Positions 1-10,871 of a stretch of DNA of 64,000 nucleotides are shown in pieces. The notes under the pieces are model-generated. The model saw nothing but the letters and a program-made list of their open reading frames with translations. It had not been told where the DNA came from and ran no database searches. Origin of the DNA: Candidatus Cloacimonadales bacterium (GTDB taxonomy: Bacteria; Cloacimonadota; Cloacimonadia; Cloacimonadales; JAIOQZ01); NCBI GenBank assembly GCA_963665815.1, contig OY762463.1, positions 3,232,001 to 3,296,000 of the forward strand, in the 5' to 3' direction. Position numbers and translations under genes: made by a program. Positions within the stretch are counted from its first letter, which is position 1. Each line of letters opens with the position of its first letter.

Positions 1-558
1 AAAGCCCTGACAAACCTTATGATTGATTACACAGAAAATCACCATATCAGTAAATCATTACTATTCTTTAATGATGTTGTGTTTAATATAGTAACTAATA
101 TAGACGGACAGAAGAGAATTATTGGTGGTGGAGGAAGAATTGATGAAATCACTGAAAAAATATTAGGTAGAAAGCTTTCAGCCGTTGTATTCTCCATAAA
201 CATGGAAAATCTTTTTGATGTTATGAGTGAATGTAAGTTATTCCATAAAGAAGATGCTGAGTTCAGAGTCTATTTGTGCTCTGACTGTAAGGAACTTGAT
301 CTTACACTTCTTCAGACTGCTCATGAGTTAAGTCAATACGGATTTAATACACATCTGGAATTATCATATAACAGTGACAGTGAGAACAAAAAAAGAGCAA
401 TTAAAAGAAAATGTTCTCTTATTGTAATGCTGGAGAAGATTAAGATACATGAGGGTAAAGTGCTCATTATGAATCTTGTAAAAGACTATGAAGAATATCT
501 GATGCTTAGTGATGTTATTGAATATGCCGAAATTGCAAGAAAATCAATCAGTATATAG
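1..558 (+). CDS. Histidyl-tRNA synthetase-like protein, C-terminal part (5'-truncated by window edge; divergent HisS/HisZ-like)
   Basis: Frame open from position 1; GGGGRID resembles HisRS motif-3 GGGRYD, followed by an anticodon-binding-like domain (KKRAIKRKCSLIVML..GKVLIMNL). Confidence 0.6.
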   Translation, partial: KALTNLMIDYTENHHISKSLLFFNDVVFNIVTNIDGQKRIIGGGGRIDEITEKILGRKLSAVVFSINMENLFDVMSECKLFHKEDAEFRVYLCSDCKELDLTLLQTAHELSQYGFNTHLELSYNSDSENKKRAIKRKCSLIVMLEKIKIHEGKVLIMNLVKDYEEYLMLSDVIEYAEIARKSISI

Positions 559-560
559 TA

Positions 561-1526
561 ATGAGTATTCATAATGGTTACAGAAGACTAATTATCGGCT
601 ATAAGAATTCTGATCATGAGGAAATTGTAAAAGACTATATCCGTAATAAGCTCATTGGTGGGTTACTGGTGAATAAAGCAAATCTTGATGCTCCAGAAAA
701 ACTAAGGTTTATCAAGCAGTGTCATGAGTTATCCGATGAAAAACTATTTGTATTTATAGATCAGGAAGGTGGGAAAGTACAACGATACTTTGGTGCTTAT
801 GGTGCTTATCCATCAGCAGAAGAAATATCTCATATGCAGGAAGATAAAGCAGCAGAAATTTACAATACTATGGCTGAAGAACTTAGTGGAATAGGTGTGA
901 ATGTCAACTGTGCTCCGGTTGTAGATCTGAATGTTAATCAGGATTGTCCCATTATTGCAAAGTTTGGTCGAAGTTACGGAAAGGATGCAGAGACAGTTCA
1001 CAAGTGTGCATCAATACTGGTCAGGCAGCATAAAAAGTACGATGTAATGTGTGTTTACAAACATTTTCCTGGGCACGGAAGTTCCAGAGAAGATAGCCAT
1101 CTTGGATTTACTGATATTTCAGATACCTGGATTGACGACGAATTGCTTCCCTACAAATATGCGATCATTGAAGAGCTCCCTGAAATGATTATGACTTCTC
1201 ATGTTTTTAACAGGAGTATTGACTCGGATTTGCCAATAAGTCTGTCTCCAACTGTAAAAACTATGCTCAGGGCTGAAATGGGATACAGGAATATTGTCAT
1301 TACTGATGATTTGGATATGAAGAGTATTAGTGAGTTCTATAATCTAAATGATATTTTTGATTTAACAATCGAGAATACTACAGATTTTATCTTGTTCTCC
1401 AATTTTTGGCATTTTAAGTCAGAATTACCCGGGATATACGCAGAATATCTACAGGGAATTGTTCAAGACAGAAATAAAGTAGGCTTAATTGAAAAATCTA
1501 TTATGAGAATTGAGAATATAAGTTAA
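561..1526 (+). CDS. nagZ: Glycoside hydrolase family 3, beta-N-acetylhexosaminidase (NagZ-like)
   Basis: IDQEGGKVQR, APVVD, KHFPGHG..DSH and TDDLDM motifs. Confidence 0.85.
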   Translation: MSIHNGYRRLIIGYKNSDHEEIVKDYIRNKLIGGLLVNKANLDAPEKLRFIKQCHELSDEKLFVFIDQEGGKVQRYFGAYGAYPSAEEISHMQEDKAAEIYNTMAEELSGIGVNVNCAPVVDLNVNQDCPIIAKFGRSYGKDAETVHKCASILVRQHKKYDVMCVYKHFPGHGSSREDSHLGFTDISDTWIDDELLPYKYAIIEELPEMIMTSHVFNRSIDSDLPISLSPTVKTMLRAEMGYRNIVITDDLDMKSISEFYNLNDIFDLTIENTTDFILFSNFWHFKSELPGIYAEYLQGIVQDRNKVGLIEKSIMRIENIS

Positions 1527-1551
1527 TTTTTCCTTAGGAAGAGGGGGAAAA

Positions 1552-2730
1552 ATGACTGAATCACCAAAATTCATAATTGATGATGAATTAGCATGTTCCG
1601 ATAATTCAGTGTTTCTGGTAAATAGAAGCTTGGAAGTCATATACAATAATACTACAGCAGAAGAGATATTCTGTCAAAATTTGACAGAACCGGTTAAGAA
1701 ACTCGATTTTATCCTCGGTAAATCCAATACAGATAAGCTGATTGAATTACTCCCCGAAGCAGAGAATACTGATTTTCCTGTCGAAATCTGTGAATTCAGC
1801 AGAATTATAGATAAAAATACAAAATCTTATAAAATATTCTGTAGAGAAGTCCAGCAGAACAAGGGTATTTTCCGTGTAATCGTTGTTGAAACAAGCAGAA
1901 TTCAGGATAATATCAGTAAATCAATTCAGAAGAAAAAACTTCAGACTCTTGGAAAGCTAACATCTTCTATAGCTCATGAGATAAATTCTCCCCTTCAGTA
2001 TGTCTCCGATAATGTGAAATTCATGGAAAACGGTTTTTCTCGATTCTCTTCAATACTCAGAATTATGGAAGCTAATGATTTTTACTCTGATGATAATTTG
2101 AAATCGGAGTTTGAGGAAAAACAGATTGCATTTTTCAAAGGTGAGATACCTGAAGCGATAGACCACACAATTGAGGGTTTAACAAGAATAACAGAGATAA
2201 TAAAGGCAATAAAGGAATTTTCTCATCCTGGCTGGAGTGAGAAGAATCTTATAAATATTAACAAGATGCTCAGAATGACAACAATATTAATGAGGAATAA
2301 ATGGAAATATAATATTGATATTCATTTTGATCTGGATAAAGCTCTTCCTGATTTTTACGGCTATGTAAGTGAGATGAATCAAGTTTTTGCTAATATCATT
2401 AACAATGCGATTGATGCTATCAATGAAATTCATGACTTGAAAAAGAAAGGTAATATTTATATATCAACCAGTTGGAATTATAAATGGATAAATGTTGAGA
2501 TAAAAAATGATGGTCCTTTAATACCGCAGGCAACTCTTAGAAGAATGTTCAAGAACTTTTTTACAACCAAGGATGTAGGACATGGAACAGGGCAGGGACT
2601 ATCATTATGCAAAAATATTATTGAGAAGCATCATTATGGTGAGATAGAAGCTGTTTCATCTATGGAAGAGATGACAAAGTTCACAATACATCTTCCGGTT
2701 AACTGGGAAGAACTGGAGGGGATAGAATGA
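1552..2730 (+). CDS. PAS-like sensor histidine kinase (NtrB-like)
   Basis: H-box IAHEINSP, N-box NIINNAIDA, NDGP, FFTTKDVGHGTGQGL. Confidence 0.9.
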   Translation: MTESPKFIIDDELACSDNSVFLVNRSLEVIYNNTTAEEIFCQNLTEPVKKLDFILGKSNTDKLIELLPEAENTDFPVEICEFSRIIDKNTKSYKIFCREVQQNKGIFRVIVVETSRIQDNISKSIQKKKLQTLGKLTSSIAHEINSPLQYVSDNVKFMENGFSRFSSILRIMEANDFYSDDNLKSEFEEKQIAFFKGEIPEAIDHTIEGLTRITEIIKAIKEFSHPGWSEKNLININKMLRMTTILMRNKWKYNIDIHFDLDKALPDFYGYVSEMNQVFANIINNAIDAINEIHDLKKKGNIYISTSWNYKWINVEIKNDGPLIPQATLRRMFKNFFTTKDVGHGTGQGLSLCKNIIEKHHYGEIEAVSSMEEMTKFTIHLPVNWEELEGIE

Positions 2731-3920
2731 ATATCTCTGTTTTGTTCATAGATGATGATAAAAACACTCTGGCAGCAATCAGAAGAAGGTTGCATAATTA
2801 TCCTGAGAGTTGGAACTTTCATTTCTCATCTAATGGAGCAGAGGCTATTAATATTATTAACAACAATGATTTTGATGTTGTTGTAACTGATCATGTAATG
2901 AAGGGGATAACCGGATTGGAGATTCTCAATTATGTTGAAGAAGAATTTCCACATATTATAAGAATTCTATTTTCATCTTTTTCTGATGATGAGCTTTCAT
3001 ACAATGCAATAAGGAGTGCTCATCAACTGTACACTAAGCCATTCAGTATTGATGGACTTCTTGAAAAAGTAACCAGAATGATCAATTTCAAGAAGAAGAT
3101 CGGTGATAGAAAGGTTCTTGGGAAAATAACTACTATCAAGACTTTGCCTTCATTACCTGAGATATATCAGGAGATTCAGAAAGAGCTTAAGAATAAAGAC
3201 TATTCTCTGAAGACAGTAGGTGAGATTATTGGCAGGGATATTGGTATGTCCTCCAAGATTCTACAGCTTGTAAATTCATCTTTCTTTGGTCTGTCAAAGC
3301 GTATTACAAATCCACAACAGGCTGTTAGTCTGCTCGGTATTAACACAATAAAGAATCTTGCATTATCTATGCAGATATTCAGGCATTATTCGAATGAGAA
3401 CGATCTTAATGTTGACTATGAGAAGCTCTGGAATCATTCTATAAAAGTTGCCTCATTAGCAAAGAAGTTTGCCATGTTTATGAAGCTGTCCAAGAGTATT
3501 CTTGATGATATTTTTATCTCAGGACTGTTGCATGATATCGGAAAACTTGTGCTTGCCTGTGAATATAAGGATGATTATCCGGATATAAGAACTCTGAGGA
3601 TTAACAATGACAAAACACGAAAAGAAAAAGAATTCGGAAAAATTGGAGTATGCCATGATGCTGTTGCCGCTTATCTTCTGGAAATGTGGGCGATTCCGGA
3701 AAATGTTGTTGATGCAGTAGCTGGTCATCATGAGTACGATGACATTGCATTTGAGCATAGTAAAGAAAAAACATCACTTCAGATTGCGAATTATCTTGCC
3801 AATAAACAGGCAGGAGTTCTAATTGATAAAGAAGTTGATTTGAATCAACAGATGATTAATGATAAGCAACTGACAGATTACGTAAAAGAATTTGCCAAAA
3901 GTGAGGAAATTGAATGCTGA
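2727..3920 (+). CDS. Response regulator with HDOD domain
   Basis: Receiver (FIDDD, VTDHVM, KP) plus HDOD (LPSLP, ILQLVNSSFFG, GLLHDIGK). Confidence 0.9.
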   Translation: MNISVLFIDDDKNTLAAIRRRLHNYPESWNFHFSSNGAEAINIINNNDFDVVVTDHVMKGITGLEILNYVEEEFPHIIRILFSSFSDDELSYNAIRSAHQLYTKPFSIDGLLEKVTRMINFKKKIGDRKVLGKITTIKTLPSLPEIYQEIQKELKNKDYSLKTVGEIIGRDIGMSSKILQLVNSSFFGLSKRITNPQQAVSLLGINTIKNLALSMQIFRHYSNENDLNVDYEKLWNHSIKVASLAKKFAMFMKLSKSILDDIFISGLLHDIGKLVLACEYKDDYPDIRTLRINNDKTRKEKEFGKIGVCHDAVAAYLLEMWAIPENVVDAVAGHHEYDDIAFEHSKEKTSLQIANYLANKQAGVLIDKEVDLNQQMINDKQLTDYVKEFAKSEEIEC

Positions 3921-4516
3921 ACAGGCTGTTGTTTGTAGACGATGAACCTAATATACTTGCATCTTACAGAAGACATTTTGGAATGCTTTATTATGTCGAC
4001 ACTGCTGTAAGTGGTGCAGAAGCCTTAGAGAAGATGAAGGATCGTGATCAATATTCTGTTATCGTCACAGATTATATGATGCCGGGGATGGATGGATTGG
4101 AGTTTGCCGCAGAAGCAAAAAAAATATCTAATGAGACTGTACTGATTATTAATACAGGTGGTCCTGATTTTGATATTGCAATGCGAGCAGTTAATGAAGG
4201 GAATATATTCCGTTTTCTTGTTAAGCCTATGAGTTATGAGAAGATGCATCCAATCATAAAACAGGGGATAAAGCAATTCAAGCTGAATAAGACAATATCA
4301 AACAAACTTGTTAATTCCAGATTTCTTAAAGAACTGACAATGTGTACTGAATGCTACAAGGTTAAAATTCCTGATGCAGACCACAAAAAAAGCAGTAGCT
4401 GGCAACCATTGGAAGTCTATTTCGGAAAGCATTACGCTCTTGAATTCAGTCACGGATTATGCCCCGAATGCACGGTAGAGCACTATGGGATTGTACATAA
4501 AAAAAAATCTAAATAG
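3914..4516 (+). CDS. Response regulator with C-terminal Cys/His zinc-ribbon-like domain
   Basis: Receiver (FVDDE, TDYMMPGMDG, KP); C-terminal CTEC...FSHGLCPEC. Confidence 0.85.
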   Translation: MLNRLLFVDDEPNILASYRRHFGMLYYVDTAVSGAEALEKMKDRDQYSVIVTDYMMPGMDGLEFAAEAKKISNETVLIINTGGPDFDIAMRAVNEGNIFRFLVKPMSYEKMHPIIKQGIKQFKLNKTISNKLVNSRFLKELTMCTECYKVKIPDADHKKSSSWQPLEVYFGKHYALEFSHGLCPECTVEHYGIVHKKKSK

Positions 4517-4707
4517 AAAGCTTTTCAAGAAGCTCATTCTGAGTTAGAATTTGATGATTTCTAAAATCGAGTCAACTATATACCAATTATACAAAGGTCT
4601 CTAAAACTACCCTTTATTTGTCCTTGTACATTTTCAACAACATTTTTTAATTATATATCTGTGCATTAATTATTGACAATAACAAGGTTAAATCAAATAA
4701 GTAATAC

Positions 4708-5358
4708 ATGAAGAAAATTGTATTATTGTCAGCTCTAATAGTTATGCATGTAAGTGCTGCCTTCAGTCTTTCGATTGCCCGTCTGCATTATGATGGTGGG
4801 GGAGACTGGTATAATGATCCGGATATGCTTCCGAATCTGGCAGTGTACATAAACAAGGAACTACAGACAGATCTCTCAGAAGATCTGATAAACGTTACTC
4901 CTTCCGGAGCAGAACTATTTGATTATCCATTTATATTCATGACAGGTCATGGGAATGTCAGTTTTTCGGATGCGGATATCAGGAATCTCAAAAAGTACTT
5001 TAAAAATGGTGGATTTCTTTATGCTGATGATGATTATGGTATGGATAAATCATTTCGAAGAGAATTGAAAAAGCTGTTTCCGGGGCGTGAACTTGTTGAG
5101 TTACCGGCAAGTCATGAGATCTTCAACTGTTATTACAAGTTTCCGAAAGGATTACCTAAAACCCATAAGCATGACGATAAAAGACCGGAAGCATTTGCTA
5201 TATTTGATGATAACGGAAGGATGCTGGTGCTGTACACTTATGAGGCAAACATCAGTGACGGATGGGCTTCTGAAAGAGTACATAAAGATCCCTGGACTGT
5301 CAGAGAAAAAGCACTGAAAATGGGACTGAATATTTTTTATTATATGATGGTGAATTAA
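4708..5358 (+). CDS. DUF4159 domain exported protein
   Basis: Signal peptide; YDGGGDWY, FMTGHG, NGGFLYADD. Confidence 0.8.
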   Translation: MKKIVLLSALIVMHVSAAFSLSIARLHYDGGGDWYNDPDMLPNLAVYINKELQTDLSEDLINVTPSGAELFDYPFIFMTGHGNVSFSDADIRNLKKYFKNGGFLYADDDYGMDKSFRRELKKLFPGRELVELPASHEIFNCYYKFPKGLPKTHKHDDKRPEAFAIFDDNGRMLVLYTYEANISDGWASERVHKDPWTVREKALKMGLNIFYYMMVN

Positions 5359-6086
5359 TGAAAGTATATATTGCTTCTGATATGCATTACAGATTTGTTG
5401 AGGATGAAGAAATTAGTGAGAGACACAGAAAAGTTCTCGGATTTCTGGATATTGTTAAAGAAGATGCTGATATGTTGATTCTGAATGGAGATATCTTTGA
5501 TCTGTGGTGCGTATGGGATACAGTGATTATAAAAGGATATTTCCAACTGTTACGAAAGTTGGCAGATATTACTGATGCAGGATGTAAAGTTGTTTTTATT
5601 GCCGGAAATCACGATTTCTGGTTCTCAGGTTTTCTTGAGAAAGAACTTGGTTTTCAGATTGAATCCAATGTCTACAGAACTGAAATAGATGGTAAGAAGA
5701 TAATTGCAACACATGGTGATATTTATACAGCAAGTGATAACAGATACAAATTGTTCAGGATGATTGTAAGGAACAGGCTTGTTAAGATGATTTTCAAGCT
5801 GCTGCATCCGGACTTTGCTCTTAAACTGGGAATGCTGATGTCACGATCCAGCAGGAATGTCAAGCATCCTAAAGAACTTGAGATAAGGAAAGAAAACGGA
5901 TTGAAGTATTCTGCTCAACAATTCCTGAAAGAATGTGACATTGTGTTCTTTGCGCATTCTCATAAACCTGTGATTATGGAATACAACTCCGGTATATATG
6001 CTAATTCAGGAGACTGGGTTAAGCACCAGACATATTTAGTTCTCGAAAATGGAAATTTAAAATTACAAACATATAAGGAAAGGTAA
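5358..6086 (+). CDS. lpxH: UDP-2,3-diacylglucosamine diphosphatase (LpxH-like metallophosphoesterase)
   Basis: SDMH, GDIFD, GNHD, HGD, HSH and NSGDW motifs. Confidence 0.8.
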   Translation: MKVYIASDMHYRFVEDEEISERHRKVLGFLDIVKEDADMLILNGDIFDLWCVWDTVIIKGYFQLLRKLADITDAGCKVVFIAGNHDFWFSGFLEKELGFQIESNVYRTEIDGKKIIATHGDIYTASDNRYKLFRMIVRNRLVKMIFKLLHPDFALKLGMLMSRSSRNVKHPKELEIRKENGLKYSAQQFLKECDIVFFAHSHKPVIMEYNSGIYANSGDWVKHQTYLVLENGNLKLQTYKER

Positions 6087-6087
6087 A

Positions 6088-6828
6088 ATGATTATTAAAA
6101 CGAATTATGGTGAAATCAAAATCAAACTAATGCCTGAAGTTGCACCTGAAACTGTGAAGAACTTTGTAGAGCTTGCTAAAGGTGAAAAAGAGTTTGTTGA
6201 TCCGACAAGCAAGGAAAAAACAAAGAAAAAATTCTATGACGGTCTGATTTTTCACCGTGTAATAAAAGACTTCATGATTCAGGGCGGATGTCCTCTTGGA
6301 ACAGGTACCGGTGGTCCCGGGTATACATTTGCCGATGAATGTTTTGAGCAGGGAGAACCTCTCAGTGGAGATATAACTGACCAGGAACATGCGTTTAGAA
6401 TGTTTGAGGAAGTGATTGCTCCTTATATTCGCTCAACAGAGAATCCGGATCCTGAAGTTATGGAGATTACAAATCAGGCTATTAAGCAGCAGTCTCCTGC
6501 ACCGATTATGACAAAAGATTTCAATTTTTACTATGAAAAAACAGGATGCGAGCCAATGAGAAGTCTTGGTAAATTGAAAGCTTCTATTGATTACGGTTCA
6601 CTAGCTATGGCTAATGCAGGACCAAATACAAACGGTTCTCAATTCTTTATTGTAACAAAAAAGGATGGTTGCGGTTGGCTTAATGGGAAGCATACTGTAT
6701 TTGGAAAAGTTGTTGAAGGAATGGAAATTGCTCATAAGATTGAAGATCTTGAGAAAGATGCTCATGATAAACCTGTAAAAGGTAAAGAAGCTTTCATTCA
6801 GGAAATCATCTTTGAAGATGGTGAGTAA
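6088..6828 (+). CDS. Cyclophilin-type peptidyl-prolyl isomerase with internal insertion (no signal peptide)
   Basis: [39 protein letters not shown]. Confidence 0.92.
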   Translation: MIIKTNYGEIKIKLMPEVAPETVKNFVELAKGEKEFVDPTSKEKTKKKFYDGLIFHRVIKDFMIQGGCPLGTGTGGPGYTFADECFEQGEPLSGDITDQEHAFRMFEEVIAPYIRSTENPDPEVMEITNQAIKQQSPAPIMTKDFNFYYEKTGCEPMRSLGKLKASIDYGSLAMANAGPNTNGSQFFIVTKKDGCGWLNGKHTVFGKVVEGMEIAHKIEDLEKDAHDKPVKGKEAFIQEIIFEDGE

Positions 6829-6840
6829 TAAGGAGTTGAA

Positions 6841-7665
6841 ATGAAAAAAATATTATTTATACTGATACTGATGAGTGTTGTTTTCTGCTTAAGTGCCAAA
6901 ACACGCTATGCCACAATTAAAACAAATTACGGTGATATTGTTATAGAACTTTTTGCCGATAAGACACCTGTGACAGTTGATAACTTTATTGATCTGGCAG
7001 AAGGAACAAAAGAATGGACAGATCCTAAAACAGGTAAGAAAGTTAAAAGACCTTTTTATGATGGATTAATCTTTCACAGAGTAATAAATGATTTCATGAT
7101 TCAGGGTGGATGCCCTCTTGGTACAGGAACCGGTGGACTGGGATATCAATTTGAAGATGAATGTTTTGAACCTGGAGAGGAAATCACCGGAGCAATTGAT
7201 TCTGAAGAAAAAGCAAGAACAGTATATATGCAGGTTTTAGCTCCATATATGCAGGCAAATCAGGCAAATCCGGATCCGGAAATAAATGATATAATGATGA
7301 AGACTGCTCAAGCACAGTCCGGAAAATTTATCATGGAAAAAACTGTTGAGTATTTCAAAGAGAAAACAGGTTATAAAGGAAGTGTGAGCGGAAGAGGTAA
7401 ACTGATTGCTATGGTAGATTACGGTACTCTCTGCATGGCTAATTCAGGACCAAATACAAACGGTTCACAATTCTTCATTGTTACAAAGAAAGAAGGATGT
7501 AACTGGCTTAACGGAAAGCATACTGTTTTCGGTAAAGTCATCAAGGGAATGGAAGTAGCCCATCAGATAGAAAAATTGCCACAGAATAAAAGTAATAAAC
7601 CGAATAAAGATGTTGAAGCTGTAATTCAAAAAGTACTTATCTCTAACAAGAACCCGTTGAAATAG
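6841..7665 (+). CDS. Exported cyclophilin-type peptidyl-prolyl isomerase with internal insertion
   Basis: Signal peptide MKKILF..LSA; same cyclophilin motifs as the upstream paralogue. Confidence 0.92.
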   Translation: MKKILFILILMSVVFCLSAKTRYATIKTNYGDIVIELFADKTPVTVDNFIDLAEGTKEWTDPKTGKKVKRPFYDGLIFHRVINDFMIQGGCPLGTGTGGLGYQFEDECFEPGEEITGAIDSEEKARTVYMQVLAPYMQANQANPDPEINDIMMKTAQAQSGKFIMEKTVEYFKEKTGYKGSVSGRGKLIAMVDYGTLCMANSGPNTNGSQFFIVTKKEGCNWLNGKHTVFGKVIKGMEVAHQIEKLPQNKSNKPNKDVEAVIQKVLISNKNPLK

Positions 7666-7687
7666 TAACTCAACTGAATATATTTTT

Positions 7688-7714
7688 AAACCTGCCCTGT
7701 TGGCAGGTTTTTTT
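7688..7714 (+). terminator. Rho-independent terminator after the cyclophilin pair
   Basis: AAACCTGCC-ctgtt-GGCAGGTTT followed by a T run, between convergent genes. Confidence 0.85.
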
Positions 7715-7770
7715 GTAGATATTATTGTGGGATTGATTTATCTGTATAGTTCAATGATATTTTACAATCT

Positions 7771-8664
7771 TCATAGCAGCTTATCTGGCTCTTGATCAAT
7801 TGGATTCTCAGGTTCTGCTTTTTCCAGTTCAGCCCAGATTCTGAGAGTTCTGTAGTACTTTATCTTTTTGATGATCCAGGCAATAAGCATCAGAAATGGG
7901 AAAACAAGTGGGATCATTGCAGATATTGTAAGCAGGATATAGGCTGATGCAGTTCTGGCAGCAACGCTATCCATTTCTCTGTTAAAAAAATCAGGAGATG
8001 AGAAGAATGCTCTGTAGAACAGACGATTAAAGCTGCTTCCGGGATAAGATGTATCAATAAAGCGGAAGAAATTCATTTTCTTATGAGTTACGAGATGTTT
8101 CACTACAATATATGATTTGTAATAAAAAGCTCCCCAGAGAGCAGTATTTTGCGGATACTTTCTATACATATCTCGTAATTCGATATCATGTCCAAAGAGT
8201 CTAATTCTGGCAAAATCCATGGCTGCATTGATACTTGATCCGTTGGCAAAATATTGTGCCATACCTTCATGAAACCACAATGGAGCATCCGGCCAGTAAT
8301 AGAAGATAAAACTGTGGATATACTCGTGAAGCAGTATTTTTACGGATTCCTCCGAGAAATGATTTTTGTCTGATTGGAAGTAGATTGTCTTATCTCTATT
8401 GCTGTATAAAGCATTTGAATGTTTGATTAGTTTACTGTTAATGTTAAGATTTTTCAGAGCGTTTTTTTCGGTTAATACAACAATTTTTACGTCGTAATTC
8501 GGATACAATCCCAGTGTGATCTGGAACTTGTCAATTGCTTCCCGTATACGGCTTTCAATATTCTCACCAAAAGAAAAATCTCCTTCGATTGTTATATTCT
8601 GAGCATTTACAAATACTACAGTTAACAACAACAGAAGGAGAAAAAAGTATTTTATATCAGACAT
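7771..8664 (-). CDS. Peptidase MA-like zinc metalloprotease, membrane-anchored
   Basis: LLHEYIH...PLWFHEGMA; signal peptide and C-terminal TM helix. Confidence 0.7.
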   Translation of the reverse strand: MSDIKYFFLLLLLLTVVFVNAQNITIEGDFSFGENIESRIREAIDKFQITLGLYPNYDVKIVVLTEKNALKNLNINSKLIKHSNALYSNRDKTIYFQSDKNHFSEESVKILLHEYIHSFIFYYWPDAPLWFHEGMAQYFANGSSINAAMDFARIRLFGHDIELRDMYRKYPQNTALWGAFYYKSYIVVKHLVTHKKMNFFRFIDTSYPGSSFNRLFYRAFFSSPDFFNREMDSVAARTASAYILLTISAMIPLVFPFLMLIAWIIKKIKYYRTLRIWAELEKAEPENPIDQEPDKLL

Positions 8665-9025
8665 GGAGTTTATCGTGAATTTTTTTCAGCAGTTTCTCCA
8701 TGTCAAAGGGTTTAAATACTACATCTTTCAGACCGTCTTTTTTGCAGTTTACAACCACATGATTAGGGTCATATCCAAAGCCGGTCATCATAATAACAGG
8801 CAGATTCTCGTTGAGATCTCGTGCTCTGGTAAATAGTTCATGACCATCCATATCAGGCATGGCAATATCCGTAATCAGCAGATCTATTTCACCTTTCATC
8901 AGGTGATTAAGAGCTGCATATCCGGAGTTCTCTGTTATAACGTTAAACCCTTCGTCAGTGAGTTCCAGGCTCAGGAATTCAGTAACGTCCGGTTCGTCGT
9001 CAACAACAAGAATAGTTTTTACCAT
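8657..9025 (-). CDS. Single-domain response regulator
   Basis: VVDDE, TDIAMPDMDG, MTG, KPF. Confidence 0.9.
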   Translation of the reverse strand: MVKTILVVDDEPDVTEFLSLELTDEGFNVITENSGYAALNHLMKGEIDLLITDIAMPDMDGHELFTRARDLNENLPVIMMTGFGYDPNHVVVNCKKDGLKDVVFKPFDMEKLLKKIHDKLHV

Positions 9026-9909
9026 GTTAAAGCCTTCTCACCAGCAATGATTTTATATGCTTCATAGTATTTCTGGTAAGTTTTATCAATTATTTCCTGA
9101 GGGATACGTGGAGCAGGGGGATTTTTATCCCATCCGGTATCTTTAAGGTAATCTCTCACAAACTGTTTGTCGTAGCTTTTCGGAGTTTTACCTATTTCGT
9201 ATTCGCCTTTATCCCAGAATCTGGAAGAATCGGGAGTAAAGATTTCATCAATAAGGATAATCTTTCCGTCAATCGTACCATATTCCAGTTTTGTATCAGC
9301 AAGAATAATGTTTCTCTCATTCAGGAAAGCATGACCAAATTTGTATAGTTCAAGAGTAACGTCTCTTAGTTTGTCTGCAATATTAGGGTCCATTCTTTCT
9401 TTCATCTCTGCGAAGGAAATATTTATATCATGTCCTTCTTCAGCTTTTGTTGATGGAGTAAAAAGAGGTTCAGGGAATCTTTGGGATTCCTGAAGTTTTT
9501 CAGATATTTCTTCTGTGTTTACAGTTCCTGATTTCTGATATTCCTTCCAGGCAGATCCTGTGATGTAACCTCTGGCAATACATTCGAATGGAACAACTCT
9601 GGTTTTCCTTACAAGCATTGATCTGTGTTCAAGCTGATCTCTGAACTGATGAAGTTCTTCCGGATATTCATCAATGACATCAGTAATAAAATGATTATCA
9701 ATTATATGTTTGGTTTCTTTAAGAAAGTATACTGATATCTGATTGAGTATCTTTCCTTTATTGGGTATGATGTCATCAAAAACAACATCAAAAGCAGATA
9801 TTCTGTCTGAAGTAACAAGAAGAAGCTTGTCACCAAGATCATAAATTTCGCGAACCTTTCCGGATTTAAAAGATTTTACAATTTCCAGATCCTGAATACG
9901 CTTTTCCAT
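9019..9909 (-). CDS. purC: SAICAR synthetase
   Basis: GKVREIY, SDRISAFD, ADTKLEYG, DEIFTPDSSRFW, SYDKQFVRD. Confidence 0.97.
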   Translation of the reverse strand: MEKRIQDLEIVKSFKSGKVREIYDLGDKLLLVTSDRISAFDVVFDDIIPNKGKILNQISVYFLKETKHIIDNHFITDVIDEYPEELHQFRDQLEHRSMLVRKTRVVPFECIARGYITGSAWKEYQKSGTVNTEEISEKLQESQRFPEPLFTPSTKAEEGHDINISFAEMKERMDPNIADKLRDVTLELYKFGHAFLNERNIILADTKLEYGTIDGKIILIDEIFTPDSSRFWDKGEYEIGKTPKSYDKQFVRDYLKDTGWDKNPPAPRIPQEIIDKTYQKYYEAYKIIAGEKALTW

Positions 9910-10842
9910 TCATCCTCCGTAAATGATTTTATTGAGTTTAATTTTTTGATTATTTAAGATTTCAGAATAATCCAAATTATAATTATTTTCAAGATAGTTC
10001 AAAACAGTTTTTCTTTCATCATAACTGTCTTTAGCTACTGCAAATTCTTCATTATCCTTATATATGTTTTCTATTGCAAAATTCTTTCCATTGATTTTGT
10101 TCAGCATACCATGTTCTATGGTAAAATCTACTTCGTCAGAACAGAAGTTTACCTGCTTCGTTATCATGCTGAACTCAAATGATGCTTTGATTTTGTTGAT
10201 GAGACGTAGTTGTCTCTCAAGAAGATCAGCTTTTTCAAACTTAAGATCATCTTTGAGTTGCTCTGCCTGCATCTGCAATTCAGATATCCATTCAGTTCTT
10301 ATGCACAGTAATTTTTCAGCCAGTTTAAGGCTTTTCTGTTTATCATTGATAAGAAATTCAAAGGAATATGGACTATCGTCATTCATTATACTTGTACTGT
10401 GATTTTCTATACTTTTAAGATTGAAAAGCTCTTTTATTGTATACAGGTAATCAAAAAGTTTGAATCTGTCAGCAAAAGGACCAATATACAAATATTCATC
10501 AATTGTGTTATCACAGACATAGCAGGTGAGATCGTGATCAAGTGAAATGCCGAGATATACATAGTTGTCATAGATTCTGTAGTTAGTTTCAGATACGAAT
10601 TTTCCCCGCTTGAATTCTATCAATGCCTGGAATACATTGTCTGTTTCATTCCACTCAACTGCATCTGCACCGGATATCATCTTAACTGTATCATCCTGTT
10701 TACTGCTCAACAGATACTTAATTGTATACTGCAAATCAGCTGTGAAATTGAAGTAAACAGGCTTGTTATTCCTCAGGAAATAATATACTCCTGAGCTTTC
10801 GGGTATTTTTTGAATATTAACATTTTTTATTAGCATGTTCAC
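9910..10842 (-). CDS. Degenerate UvrC/Cho-like protein (GIY-YIG-like N-terminus plus UVR coiled coil)
   Basis: IPESSGVYYF, YIGPF and LKFEKADLLERQL match the UvrC N-terminal half. Confidence 0.6.
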   Translation of the reverse strand: MNMLIKNVNIQKIPESSGVYYFLRNNKPVYFNFTADLQYTIKYLLSSKQDDTVKMISGADAVEWNETDNVFQALIEFKRGKFVSETNYRIYDNYVYLGISLDHDLTCYVCDNTIDEYLYIGPFADRFKLFDYLYTIKELFNLKSIENHSTSIMNDDSPYSFEFLINDKQKSLKLAEKLLCIRTEWISELQMQAEQLKDDLKFEKADLLERQLRLINKIKASFEFSMITKQVNFCSDEVDFTIEHGMLNKINGKNFAIENIYKDNEEFAVAKDSYDERKTVLNYLENNYNLDYSEILNNQKIKLNKIIYGG

Positions 10843-10871
10843 CCTTATGCTACAGGTGCTTTAAATGTCAA

